This document shows positions 1 to 9,608 of a stretch of DNA of 64,000 nucleotides, piece after piece. Position 1 is the first letter of the stretch. Every line of letters begins with the position of its first letter. Both the position numbers and the translations under genes were made by a program. The stretch is from Betaproteobacteria bacterium (GTDB taxonomy: Bacteria; Pseudomonadota; Gammaproteobacteria; Burkholderiales; Burkholderiaceae_E). The stretch is from positions 10,081 through 74,080 of the forward strand of contig VGHA01000004.1 in assembly GCA_016868375.1 (NCBI GenBank). The letters run 5' to 3'. The notes under the pieces were generated by a model. That model had not been told where the DNA came from, did no database searches, and worked only from the letters and a program-made list of their open reading frames with translations.

Positions 1-55
1 GATGCGCGGACCTGAATTGCTCATGACGCCCAGTCAGAGGCCGGCTTCGCCACCC

Positions 56-700
56 CTAGCCTTTGGAACCGCCCGCCTTGCGCTCGCGTGCCACCAGGAA
101 GTCGACCACTCTGAGTGCTGCCGTGTTGGAGCCCGCCATCGACGGTGCGGTGAGGTACTTGCCCGCCACGGCAAGCGAGGGCACGCCATCAATCGCGTAG
201 GCCTCGGCAACCTGCGTGCCGCGTCTGGCCCGAGTGCGCACCGAAAACGACTCATAGACTTCGGAAAATGACTTGGGATCGAGTCCCAGCACCTCGGCCA
301 TTTTCTGAGGCGTCTCAAGCCGTACTTTGTCGACATGAAGCGCATGAAAGACGCGCGGCGACAGCTCATCGACTTTGCCCAGCGCCACCAGCGCATAGTG
401 AAGCTGCTGAATGCGCGTTTCGCGAAAACTGACGTGCTCGCGCCGAAACACCACCTCAGCCGGCTGGCGCGTGCGCCACTGCGCAAGCTCGGGCTCAAGC
501 GAGTGGCAATGCGGACACCAGTAGGCAAAAAACTCCAGCACTTCAATGCGGCCCGCCGGCGCCTCGACTGGCTGCGCGGGATTGACCGCCCGAAAGTCAC
601 GACCAGCCATGGGCTCAGACTGGGCGACTGCGCCATGAGCGGCCAGCCCGCTGCCGCTCGCGGCAAGCGCCTGGATCCAGAGTCTGCGGGATTCGTTCAT
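56..700 (-). CDS. dsbA: Periplasmic thiol:disulfide interchange protein DsbA (thioredoxin fold)
   Basis: 214-aa ORF with the active-site motif FFAYWCPHCH and a hydrophobic N-terminal signal-like segment (LWIQALAASGSGLAAHGAVA). It sits downstream of argS and a SPOR gene. Confidence 0.85.
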   Translation of the reverse strand: MNESRRLWIQALAASGSGLAAHGAVAQSEPMAGRDFRAVNPAQPVEAPAGRIEVLEFFAYWCPHCHSLEPELAQWRTRQPAEVVFRREHVSFRETRIQQLHYALVALGKVDELSPRVFHALHVDKVRLETPQKMAEVLGLDPKSFSEVYESFSVRTRARRGTQVAEAYAIDGVPSLAVAGKYLTAPSMAGSNTAALRVVDFLVARERKAGGSKG

Positions 701-741
701 GGGTTCTCCTGAGGTCGATCAGCGCGCAAGCCCAAGCGGAC

Positions 742-1377
742 TCAACGCTGGCGCACCACCGATGATTCGATGCCGTTTTCTTCGAGCCGGGCCCGTGCGC
801 GATTCAGATCGTCAAGTTGCACGTAAGGACCGATCCTGACGCGAAACACGCGTTGACCATTGACTTCGGCGGGCTGCACGCGGGCCTCGAGCCCGATCAG
901 CGCAAGCTTCGCCTTCATGCTGTCCGCATCATCGGCCAGGCGGAATGCCCCCGCCTGTAACACGTAAAGCGTGCGCTCGGCGGGTGGCTCGGCGCCGTCT
1001 GCGGGCGCGCTGCCCGCAGGCGCGGCAGCCGACGAACGGTCGGCGGGCACCGCCCCGGCCGCCGGCGCGGAAGGCGGCGGTACGGCTGCGTCAGACGGCG
1101 CGCGCGCTGCGGTAGGCGAGGCCGATTCGGCCGGCGCCCGCTGTCGGGCGCTGGCTGGCCGATTGGGATCGGGTGCCTCGGCGGCGGAGCGCGGCTCGAC
1201 GATGCGATCGCCACTGCGCACCACTTTGTTGACAAACGGAAGCGGCGCGCGCGTGACAAACACCGCCACTGCAACCGCCACCGCCAGGCCAACGACAATG
1301 CCCAGCATCATGCCAAGCGCGAGACTGCCGCGCTGGCGGCGGGAACCACCCGTATCGTGATCGCGAATCCGCTTCAC
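742..1377 (-). CDS. SPOR-domain (peptidoglycan-binding, cell-division associated) membrane protein
   Basis: 211-aa ORF with a GTG start overlapping the argS stop (GTGA). It has one N-terminal TM helix ([23 protein letters not shown]) and an Ala/Pro-rich linker. The C-terminal segment is SPOR-like ([30 protein letters not shown]...FRVRIGPY). Confidence 0.7.
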   Translation of the reverse strand: MKRIRDHDTGGSRRQRGSLALGMMLGIVVGLAVAVAVAVFVTRAPLPFVNKVVRSGDRIVEPRSAAEAPDPNRPASARQRAPAESASPTAARAPSDAAVPPPSAPAAGAVPADRSSAAAPAGSAPADGAEPPAERTLYVLQAGAFRLADDADSMKAKLALIGLEARVQPAEVNGQRVFRVRIGPYVQLDDLNRARARLEENGIESSVVRQR

Positions 1378-3173
1378 ATTTTTTCCGGAGCTGACACACC
1401 CAGAAGCGCAAGACCGTTACGGAGCACCTGTCGCACCGCCAGCAGCAGCGCCAGCCGCGCTTGGCGAAGCGCGGCATCCTCGACAAGAAACCGCTCAGAA
1501 TTATAGTAAGCGTGCAGCTCCGCAGCGAGCTCTTTCAGATAGAACGCAAGCGCATGCGGCGCAAGCTCGTCGGCAGCCTGCGCAATCAACGCCGGGTACT
1601 CGGCTAGCCGCGCCATCAGCGCCGTCTCCCGGGGCGACGCAAGGGGTGCGGTGGATTCAAGCGACTCAATGGCCTGCGCCCGCACGCGGGCCTCGATTGC
1701 AGCAGCCGCCTCTCCCGTTTGCCTGGCCGCCTGTTCGAGCACCGAGCAGATCCGGGCATGCGCATACTGCACGTAGTACACCGGGTTTTCATCGCTCTGC
1801 GATAAGGCCAGGTCAATGTCGAACACGAACTCGGAGTCGGCCTTGCGCGACACCAGAAAGAAGCGAACCGCATCGCGGCCGCGGCGCTCCGCCTCGGACT
1901 GCTCGGCTGTGTTGCCCGCTGCGCCGTGCTCGCCACTCCAGGTGATCAGATCGCGCAGCGTGACATACGAGCCTGCGCGCTTGGAGATCTTCACCTCCTG
2001 GCCACCGCGCATCACCGTGACCATCTTGTGCAGCACGTATTGCGGATAGCCTTGCGGAATTCCCAGCGCAAGCGCCTGCAGACCCGCGCGCACCCGCGCA
2101 ATCGTGCCGTGGTGATCAGAGCCCTGAATATTGACCGCCCGGTTGAAGCCGCGCTGCCATTTGGTCACGTGATAGGCCACATCGGGTACGAAGTAGGTGT
2201 AGCCGCCTTCGCTCTTGCGCATGACCCGGTCTTTATCGTCGCCGAACTGCGTGCTGCGCAGCCACAGCGCGCCTTCATGCTCAAACGTGACGCCTGCGGC
2301 CGACAGCGCCTGCACGGTCTGCTCAACCCGGCCATCGCTATAGAGCGATGACTCGAGATAGTAGGTGTCAAAGCGCACGCCAAACGCGCGCAGATCATTG
2401 TCCTGCTCGCGCCGGAGGTAGGCCACCGCGAAGCGCCGGATCGCTTCCAGATCATCGGGGTCGGCTGCGCCGGTTTCAGAGGCCACGCGCTCTGCGCAAA
2501 CCGTGCGACCGGCAAGGTAATCGGCTGCGATATCGCGAATGTATTCGCCTCGGTAACCATCGGCCGGAAAGCGGGGGTCATCGGGCTCCATGCCGCGCAC
2601 ACGGGCCTGGACCGATGCGGCCAGGTTCGCAATCTGCGCCCCGGCATCGTTGTAGTAAAACTCCCGACTGACCTGCCAGCCGCTTGCCGCAAGCAACCCA
2701 CAGATCGCATCACCGAGCGCCGCCTGCCGACCATGACCCACATGCAGCGGGCCGGTGGGGTTGGCCGACACAAATTCAACCACGACGCTGCGATGCTGGC
2801 CCTGTACGCCAACGCCAAACCGCTCGGCGCGTTCAAGCACCCGGGCAATGACCGCCCGCCGTGCAGAGGCCGCAAGCCGCAGATTGATGAAGCCGGGGCC
2901 GGCAATCTCGATTGCAGCCAGCAGCGGCTGCGCACTGGCCGAGTCAGCCGCCTGAACCGCCTGGGCAAGCGCCTCGGCGATTTTACGTGGCGGCTGCTTC
3001 AGCGGCCGGGCAAGCTGCATCGCGAGATTGCAGGCGAGATCGCCGTGATCGGGCTGACGGGGCCGGTCGAGCTCAACAGCGGGGATCGCGTCGTCGGCGA
3101 TCACTCCCGCGGCGAGCGCGCGCGCGGCGTCCTGGAATAGCGCTGCAAGCGCGGATTTCTGTTCGGAGAGCAT
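1374..3173 (-). CDS. argS: Arginine--tRNA ligase
   Basis: 599-aa ORF with the class I HIGH-type motif ([14 protein letters not shown]). Overall length and layout are typical of ArgS, and the C-terminal anticodon-binding region ends in M. Confidence 0.93.
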   Translation of the reverse strand: MLSEQKSALAALFQDAARALAAGVIADDAIPAVELDRPRQPDHGDLACNLAMQLARPLKQPPRKIAEALAQAVQAADSASAQPLLAAIEIAGPGFINLRLAASARRAVIARVLERAERFGVGVQGQHRSVVVEFVSANPTGPLHVGHGRQAALGDAICGLLAASGWQVSREFYYNDAGAQIANLAASVQARVRGMEPDDPRFPADGYRGEYIRDIAADYLAGRTVCAERVASETGAADPDDLEAIRRFAVAYLRREQDNDLRAFGVRFDTYYLESSLYSDGRVEQTVQALSAAGVTFEHEGALWLRSTQFGDDKDRVMRKSEGGYTYFVPDVAYHVTKWQRGFNRAVNIQGSDHHGTIARVRAGLQALALGIPQGYPQYVLHKMVTVMRGGQEVKISKRAGSYVTLRDLITWSGEHGAAGNTAEQSEAERRGRDAVRFFLVSRKADSEFVFDIDLALSQSDENPVYYVQYAHARICSVLEQAARQTGEAAAAIEARVRAQAIESLESTAPLASPRETALMARLAEYPALIAQAADELAPHALAFYLKELAAELHAYYNSERFLVEDAALRQARLALLLAVRQVLRNGLALLGVSAPEKM

Positions 3174-3200
3174 GGGCGCGGATTGTACCCGCCGGGGTTG

Positions 3201-4862
3201 TCAGCCAACGATTGCGCTGGACGACTTGACCTGGGCGCGCAGCAGATGCTTCTGGATTTTCCCGGTGGAGGTTTTCGGCACTTCGGCAAAGCGCACTTCG
3301 CGCGGACACTTGAAGCGCGCGAGCAGGCCCCTGCAGTGCTCGATCAGTTCGGCCTCGGTGGCGGTGGTGCCTGGCCGAAGCTCAACGAACGCAAGCGGCG
3401 TTTCGCCCCATTTCGGATCGGGCTTGGCCACCACCGCGCAGGCCATGACCGCCGGATGCCGGTAAAGCGCGTCTTCAACCTCGATTGACGAGATGTTTTC
3501 GCCGCCGGAGATGATGATGTCCTTGGCGCGGTCTTTCAGCTTCACATAGCCATCGGGATGCAGCACGCCGAGGTCGCCGGTGTGGAACCAGCCATCGCGG
3601 AATGCCTCGGTGGTGGCTTTTTCGTTCTTGAGATAACCCTTCATGACGATATTGCCGCGGAACATCACCTCGCCCATGGTCTGGCCATCGCGCGGCACTT
3701 CGGTCATGGTCTGCGGATCCATCACGGTGAGGCCCTGCTGCAACTGATAGCGCACGCCCTGCCGGCCGTGTCGATCCACCTGGTCGCCCACCTCGAGCGC
3801 AGCCCAGTCGTCATGCGGCATGCACACCGCTGCCGGACCATAGACCTCGGTCAGGCCATACACGTGCGTGAGCTTGAAGCCCAGCGTCTGCATGCCCGCG
3901 ATCATCGCCGCGGGCGGGGCGGCACCCGCCACCATGCACTTCACCTCATGGTCGATGCCGCGTCGCAGTTCGGCGGGCGCAGCGATGAGGGTGGAATGCA
4001 CAATGGGCGCGCCGCAGTAGTGCGTGACCCGGTGTTCACGGATCAGATCGAAGATCAGTTTCGCATCGACTTTTCGAAGGCATACATGGGTGCCCGCCAC
4101 CGCGGCCAGCGTCCAAGGAAAGCACCAGCCATTGCAGTGAAACAGGGGCAGCGTCCACAGATACACCGGATGATGCGGCAGGGCCCAGGCCATCGCATTG
4201 GCGATCGCGTTCATGTAGGCGCCGCGGTGATGAACTACCACGCCTTTCGGATTGCCCGTGGTGCCCGAGGTGTAATTGAGCCCAATCGCGTCCCACTCAT
4301 CATCGGGCAGTTGGCCCGCGTAGTCGGGATTGCCCTCGGCGAGCAGCGTCTCGTAGCCAAGATCGCCAATGGCGCTTCCCGGGCCGTCATAGACCGGATC
4401 GTCCACGTCGATGACCAGCGGCCGGCGGCCGCCCTCGCGCGCGATGATCGCAAGCGCGTCGGTCATCACGCCCGAGAACTCGCGGTCAACCAGCACCACC
4501 TTTGAGTCGGAGTGCTGAAGAATGAAGGCGACCGTGGCGGCATCAAGCCGGGTATTGATACTGTTCAACACGGCCCGGGTCAGCGGCACACCATAATGCG
4601 CTTCGACCATCGGCGGTGTGTTGGGCAGCATCACCGCGACCGTGTCGCCCTCGCCGATGTCGCGCGCCACGAGCGCCGAGGCGAGTCGGCGCGCACGCGC
4701 GCGAAGCTGCTGCCAGGACAGACGCGTTGCGCCGTGAATCAGCGCGAGCCGGTCAGGAAATACGTCGGCCGCCCAGTCCACCAGACTGATCGGCGACAGC
4801 GGAACATGATTGGCTGCGTTGCGGGACAGACCCTGGCGGTAGGGGTTCGGGTGCGTAGGCAT
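3201..4862 (-). CDS. AMP-dependent acyl-CoA synthetase/ligase (ANL superfamily)
   Basis: 553-aa ORF with the AMP-binding signature YTSGTTGNPKGV, plus the later GWFHTGD and PKTSTGKIQK motifs. Confidence 0.85.
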   Translation of the reverse strand: MPTHPNPYRQGLSRNAANHVPLSPISLVDWAADVFPDRLALIHGATRLSWQQLRARARRLASALVARDIGEGDTVAVMLPNTPPMVEAHYGVPLTRAVLNSINTRLDAATVAFILQHSDSKVVLVDREFSGVMTDALAIIAREGGRRPLVIDVDDPVYDGPGSAIGDLGYETLLAEGNPDYAGQLPDDEWDAIGLNYTSGTTGNPKGVVVHHRGAYMNAIANAMAWALPHHPVYLWTLPLFHCNGWCFPWTLAAVAGTHVCLRKVDAKLIFDLIREHRVTHYCGAPIVHSTLIAAPAELRRGIDHEVKCMVAGAAPPAAMIAGMQTLGFKLTHVYGLTEVYGPAAVCMPHDDWAALEVGDQVDRHGRQGVRYQLQQGLTVMDPQTMTEVPRDGQTMGEVMFRGNIVMKGYLKNEKATTEAFRDGWFHTGDLGVLHPDGYVKLKDRAKDIIISGGENISSIEVEDALYRHPAVMACAVVAKPDPKWGETPLAFVELRPGTTATEAELIEHCRGLLARFKCPREVRFAEVPKTSTGKIQKHLLRAQVKSSSAIVG

Positions 4863-5070
4863 CGGTAACCTCGATCAAGTCGGTTCGCGCCTGACCGATG
4901 ATCGGGGTCGGGCGCTTCTCATTTCAGCGTTCAGCGCGCAATATACCGTCGCTTCCCGGCGTCAACCCTCGGCGCGCCGGGGCCAACGGGCCGCCCGGGC
5001 CGTCGCGCGGGCGGATGGTTGGTGGTGTTCATTCATTCCGGGGCAGTGCCAATTTTCTTCAGGAACCGCG

Positions 5071-5448
5071 ATGTCCGTCTCCGATCTCACCTCCGAACAA
5101 TTCGACGCCACGGTCGGCGGCAATGACATTGTCGTTGCTGATTTCTGGGCACCCTGGTGCGGGCCGTGCCGTGGGTTTGCCCCGGTCTTCGAAAAGGTTG
5201 CCGGCGAAAACGTCGACGTCAAATTCGTCAAGATCAATACCGACGAGGAGCAGGAACTCTCGATGCACTTTGGCATCCGCTCAATTCCCACGCTGATGAT
5301 CTTTCGCGAGCAGGTCATTGTGTTCCAGCAGCCGGGCGCGCTGTCAAAAGGCGCGCTCGATGACATCCTGCGTCAGGTTCGTGCGCTGGACATGGAAGAG
5401 GTCAAGCGCGGCGCCACCCGGCACGCAGGCGGCGAAGCCAGCCACTGA
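5071..5448 (+). CDS. Thioredoxin
   Basis: 125-aa ORF with the WCGPC active site (FWAPWCGPCRGF). An AGGAA Shine-Dalgarno lies about 6 nt upstream of the ATG. Confidence 0.9.
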   Translation: MSVSDLTSEQFDATVGGNDIVVADFWAPWCGPCRGFAPVFEKVAGENVDVKFVKINTDEEQELSMHFGIRSIPTLMIFREQVIVFQQPGALSKGALDDILRQVRALDMEEVKRGATRHAGGEASH

Positions 5449-5475
5449 GCAGACCCGCTGCAGGTGCGCAGGCGC

Positions 5476-6705
5476 TCAGCGGTTCGACAGCGCCTGCCGC
5501 ATCGCCGCGAGCCCGTCGGCCAGGTCGGCGATCAGATCGGCAGGATCTTCCAACCCGACATGCACCCGGATCAACGGGCCGCCGCGCCAGACCCGCACCC
5601 TTCGCGCGCCTGACAGGCGAGCCGGCATGATCAGGCTTTCGAAGCCGCCCCAGGAGTAGCCGATTCCAAAATGCCGGCGGCCTTCGCAAAGTGCCGCCGT
5701 TGCGGCATTGAAGCCTGGGCCCAATCCGCCTGTTGCCTCGTCTTTCAGTTCGAATGAGAACAGGCCACTGGCGCCGGAAAAATCGCGCTGCCACCAGGCA
5801 TGCTGAGGGTGGGACTCGAGCGCAGGATGAAGCACGCGCCGCACCTCGGGCTGCGACTCGAGCCAGCGTGCCACCGCCAGCGCGTTGTCCTGATGGCGAC
5901 GCATTCTGACATCGGCGGTGCGCAGACCCCGAAGCACCAGAAACGCATCGTCGCCACTGACACAGATGCCAAGCTGACGTATGGCGGACCAGAGCCGCGG
6001 CCAAAGCGCTTCTCGCACGACTGCCGCACCCATCAGCACATCGGAGTGACCGCTCCAGTATTTGGTAAGCGGCAGCACCGATGCATCGACGCCCCAGTCA
6101 AAGGGCCTGGCGAACACGGGCGACGCCCAGGCGTTGTCGATCACGGTGAGCACGCCGCGCGAGCGCGCGAGCGCACAGATCGCCGGCACATCCTGAAGTT
6201 CAAAGGTGTAGCTGCCCGGGCTCTCGAGATAGATGATGCGGGTGCGCGCCTGGATCAGCGGCGCGAGCGCATCGGCTGACAGCGCCGGATCGTAGTAGTC
6301 GACCGCAATGCCCTGCCGCGTCAGCATGCCGTCACAAAACAGGCGCGTGGGCCCGTATACCGAATCGGGCACCAGCAGATGGTCGCCCGGCTCGAGCAGC
6401 GCAAGCAGCAGGGTGGTGATCGCCGCCAGCCCGGAGGGCATCAGCGCGGCGCGGCACGGATGCCCGGCGCCCTCGATCTCGCAGAGCGCATCGGCGAGCG
6501 CCATCGTGCCAGGGGTTCCGGCGGTGCCGTAGGAGGTGACGTGCCGCACGCCCTGAGCGGTGAGCCTGCCGGCGGAATCGGCCTGGTCAAGCGAATCAAA
6601 CAGCACCGTGGAGGCGCGGAACACCGGAAGACTGGCGATCGCAACCGGTTCGACCACATCGCGGCCGGACCCGACGACGACCGATGCGGGATGAAGCGTT
6701 GTCAT
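5476..6705 (-). CDS. metC: Cys/Met-metabolism PLP-dependent enzyme, most like cystathionine beta-lyase
   Basis: 409-aa ORF with the PLP-lysine motif context LPLTKYWSGHSDVLMG. Length and layout are typical of MetC-type lyases. Confidence 0.7.
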   Translation of the reverse strand: MTTLHPASVVVGSGRDVVEPVAIASLPVFRASTVLFDSLDQADSAGRLTAQGVRHVTSYGTAGTPGTMALADALCEIEGAGHPCRAALMPSGLAAITTLLLALLEPGDHLLVPDSVYGPTRLFCDGMLTRQGIAVDYYDPALSADALAPLIQARTRIIYLESPGSYTFELQDVPAICALARSRGVLTVIDNAWASPVFARPFDWGVDASVLPLTKYWSGHSDVLMGAAVVREALWPRLWSAIRQLGICVSGDDAFLVLRGLRTADVRMRRHQDNALAVARWLESQPEVRRVLHPALESHPQHAWWQRDFSGASGLFSFELKDEATGGLGPGFNAATAALCEGRRHFGIGYSWGGFESLIMPARLSGARRVRVWRGGPLIRVHVGLEDPADLIADLADGLAAMRQALSNR

Positions 6706-6771
6706 GGACCGATTCCTGAGACGGTTGTTCGCGGGAATGTGGCGGCGAATCGGTTTAGTGGTGTAGTGGTG

Positions 6772-6847
6772 TGGCGCGCCCGGCGCGGATCGAACGCGCG
6801 ACCCCTGGCTTCGGAGGCCAGTACTCTATCCACTGAGCTACGGGCGC
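6772..6847 (-). tRNA. tRNA-Arg (anticodon CCG)
   Basis: The minus strand reads GCGCCCG TA GCTC AGTGGATA GAGT A CTGGC CTCCGAA GCCAG GGGTC GCGCG TTCGATC CGCGC CGGGCGC G CCA. This gives a perfect 7-bp acceptor stem, a 5-bp anticodon stem, a T-loop TTCGATC and an encoded CCA. Total length is 76 nt. Confidence 0.9.
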
Positions 6848-6982
6848 CTGGCTGCCTCTGGCGGCAGCGATGGAGTGCGAAGCATACTCGGTTTCGACGT
6901 TCGCGTCACGGTCACTCGTCGACCGCCTTCGCGTTTCCCGTTACAATTCAAAGCTTTGAACTTTCACCGCGACGGTCGGCTC

Positions 6983-7486
6983 ATGAGCGCAGAACACGAA
7001 ACCCCCATCAAGACCCCGAAACAGCTGATCACGGTCGTCGTGCTCGCCTTCATCGTGCCCATCCTGATCATCGTTCTTCTGGTGAAATATGTGGGCGCAG
7101 GCAAGCGTACCGGCGCAGGCAGTCAGTCCATGACCGCAGACGCGATTGAGGCGCGAATCAAGCCCGTGGCGGGCTTCGAACTGATCGATGCCAGCGCGCC
7201 TCGGGCGCTCAAATCGGGCGAGCAGGTTTACACGGCGCAGTGCGCGGCCTGCCATTCGGCCGGCGTTGCCGGCGCGCCCAAAACGGGCGATGCAGCCGGC
7301 TGGAAGGCGCGGCTTGACACCGGGCTTGAAGCGCTGGTGACTGCTGCGCTCAAGGGCAAGGGCGCAATGCCGGCTCAGGCGGGAGGCGCAGCCTCCGACT
7401 TCGAGATTCTGCGCGCCGTGGTTCACATGGCCAACGCGTCGGGCGGCAGTCTCAAAGAGCCCGAGCAGCCCGCAGCGGCCAAGTGA
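6983..7486 (+). CDS. Membrane-anchored cytochrome c (c5-like), single heme
   Basis: CAACH heme-binding motif, with downstream GAPKTGD...GKGAMPAQAG typical of the c5 family, and an N-terminal TM anchor (LITVVVLAFIVPILIIVLLV). The tracked ORF starts at 6875, but the ATG at 6983 immediately precedes the anchor. Confidence 0.75.
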   Translation: MSAEHETPIKTPKQLITVVVLAFIVPILIIVLLVKYVGAGKRTGAGSQSMTADAIEARIKPVAGFELIDASAPRALKSGEQVYTAQCAACHSAGVAGAPKTGDAAGWKARLDTGLEALVTAALKGKGAMPAQAGGAASDFEILRAVVHMANASGGSLKEPEQPAAAK

Positions 7487-7557
7487 TGTTCAGTCGCCGC
7501 CCGCGCAAGTAACGGGCAGGCGGCGCGCGCGCCTCGCAGGTGCGCTTGATTTCTCTA

Positions 7558-9603
7558 TCACTTCGCAGCGCGCGAACCGCCCAGCAGATCCTTCAGCGCG
7601 CCTAACCGGGCGCGCGCTGTTTCGTTGGTGACCGTTGCGCGCACGCCGCTTGCGCCGCTTGAGAGTTCCATCTCAGCGATGAATCGAGAAGGCTCCTGCG
7701 GCAGGGTCTGGCGCGCATGCGAGCGTTCACGGCACCAGCTCAGCGTGAGGCTGCGTTGTGCGCGGGTGATCGCCACATACATCAGCCGCCGCTCCTCTTC
7801 GATGCGGGCTGAATCACCCGCAGCGCGCGCCGCGCTCACCTCCGCAGTGGCTCCGCCCTCGTCCGCATCGGGATCCCGGGCGCCCAGATGGGGCAGCACG
7901 CCTTCCTCGCAGCCGACCACGAACACATGGGGAAATTCGAGTCCCTTGGCCGCGTGAACAGTTGAAAGCCGAACCGCGTCGGCCTCCGCATCGCGCCGAT
8001 CCAGCTGGGACAGAATCGCGATCGATTGTGCAAGCTGCGAAAGCGTTGCGCCCTCCTCTGCCGCCCGCTTTTTCACCCAGTCGCAAAAGTCACAGACATT
8101 GCGCCAGCGGGTTGCGGCGGTTTTTTCGTCCTGGCTGTCAGCGAGCCAGCCCCGGTAGTCGATTGCAGCAAGCAAATCGTCAAGCACAGGTCCAGCGGGC
8201 TCGCGCGCCGCGCGCCAGTTGATCCGATTGATGAATTCACCGAACTCGCGAACGGTGTCGAGCTGTCGCGCAGCCAGCCTGGATTCGAAGCCGGTTTCAA
8301 ACAACGCCTCAAACATCGACACCTGCCTTGAGCCCGCATAGTCGCCGAGCGCCTTGAGCGTGGCTGTGCCAATGCCGCGCTTGGGCGTCGTGGCCGCGCG
8401 GATGAACGCAGGATCGTCGTCGTCGTTGGCGATCAGCCGAAGGTAGGCGATCAGGTCACGGATCTCGGCCCGCTCGAAAAACGACTGGCCGCCCGACAGC
8501 ACGTACGGAATATTTTCCTTGCGCAGCCACTGTTCGAAGACGCGCGACTGATGGTTGTCGCGGTACAGAATCGCATAGTCGCGCCAGGTGCCCCGCCGCT
8601 CAAACCGATGCGCGTGAAGGCGCATCACGATCGACTCAGCCTCGGCTTCCTCGTTAGCGCAGGGCACCACCTGGATCGGGTCGCCCACGCCATGCTCGGA
8701 CCACAGCTTCTTGTCGTGAAGCTTTGGGTTGTGCGCGATCAGCCGATTGGCCGCACTCAGAATCGTGACGCTCGAGCGGTAGTTCTGCTCAAGCTTGAAA
8801 AGCTTCAACCCGGGGAAATCGGTTTCAAGGCGGCGCAGATTGTCGAGCGTTGCCCCGCGCCAGCCGTAGATCGCCTGGTCATCATCGCCCACCGCGGTAA
8901 AGGCCGCGCGCGGCCCGGTAAGAAGCCTCAGCAGCTGATACTGCGCAGCATTGGTGTCCTGGTATTCATCGATCAGCAGATAGCGTAGCCGCTCCCGCCA
9001 GGCCTGGGTGAGATCCGCGTGCTCGGCAAGCAGCTTCACAGGCAACAGAATCAGATCATCAAAGTCGACAGCCTGGTACGCAGACAGCGTTGCGGCATGC
9101 TCGCGCCAGGCACGCGCAATCGAATGCTCGATCCCGTTGGCTGCCTGCGCGGCAGCGGTCTCGGGGTCCAGCAAGGCATTTTTCCAAAGCGAAATCTGAT
9201 GCTGGGCATGGCGGATCAGCTTGCGATCGGTGGTGGCGAGCGCGCCCGCGAGAATGCCCGCGCAGTCATCAGAATCGAGGATCGAGAAGCTGCGCTTCAA
9301 GCCCAGCCGTTCGCCATCCCGGCGCAGCATCTGCATGCCCAGCGAGTGAAAGGTGCTGACCAGCGGCCTGCGCGCGGTTGGCAGCGTCGCAATTTTCTGC
9401 AGCCGCTCAGCCATCTCCTGGGCCGCTTTGTTGGTAAACGTGATGGCGCCGATGGCCTCCGGTGAGAACCCGCTGTCGATCAGATGAACAATCTTGTGGG
9501 TGATCACGCGGGTCTTGCCGCTGCCCGCGCCGGCCAGCACCAGGCAGGGACCATCGAGATGGCGGATGGCTGCGCGCTGGGCGTCGTTAAAACCGGTGGA
9601 CAT
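7558..9603 (-). CDS. rep: UvrD/Rep-family ATP-dependent DNA helicase (length and layout closest to Rep)
   Basis: 681-aa ORF with Walker A AGAGSGKTRVIT and the DEYQDTN motif, plus the later VHAAKGLEF and YVAITRA motifs of SF1 helicases. Confidence 0.8.
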   Translation of the reverse strand: MSTGFNDAQRAAIRHLDGPCLVLAGAGSGKTRVITHKIVHLIDSGFSPEAIGAITFTNKAAQEMAERLQKIATLPTARRPLVSTFHSLGMQMLRRDGERLGLKRSFSILDSDDCAGILAGALATTDRKLIRHAQHQISLWKNALLDPETAAAQAANGIEHSIARAWREHAATLSAYQAVDFDDLILLPVKLLAEHADLTQAWRERLRYLLIDEYQDTNAAQYQLLRLLTGPRAAFTAVGDDDQAIYGWRGATLDNLRRLETDFPGLKLFKLEQNYRSSVTILSAANRLIAHNPKLHDKKLWSEHGVGDPIQVVPCANEEAEAESIVMRLHAHRFERRGTWRDYAILYRDNHQSRVFEQWLRKENIPYVLSGGQSFFERAEIRDLIAYLRLIANDDDDPAFIRAATTPKRGIGTATLKALGDYAGSRQVSMFEALFETGFESRLAARQLDTVREFGEFINRINWRAAREPAGPVLDDLLAAIDYRGWLADSQDEKTAATRWRNVCDFCDWVKKRAAEEGATLSQLAQSIAILSQLDRRDAEADAVRLSTVHAAKGLEFPHVFVVGCEEGVLPHLGARDPDADEGGATAEVSAARAAGDSARIEEERRLMYVAITRAQRSLTLSWCRERSHARQTLPQEPSRFIAEMELSSGASGVRATVTNETARARLGALKDLLGGSRAAK

Positions 9604-9608
9604 GGCCG

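Noticed and set aside
5449-5475. Possible bidirectional terminator between the convergent thioredoxin and metC genes, and a similar hairpin at 7487-7557 between the cytochrome c and rep genes.
   Set aside because: Only short, imperfect GC stems without U/A tracts could be drawn by eye. This is not enough to call.
6772-6847. tRNA-Arg as an integration site marking a genomic island.
   Set aside because: No integrase, transposase or direct repeat of the tRNA 3' end was seen in the window. The giant-gene locus begins 8 kb away, behind ordinary housekeeping genes.
6875-6982. Upstream 36 codons of the tracked cytochrome c ORF.
   Set aside because: The translation (MRSILGFDVRVTVTRRPPSRFPLQFKALNFHRDGRL) is not signal-like and runs through the likely promoter region next to the tRNA. 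The ATG at 6983 gives a sensible membrane-anchored cytochrome.
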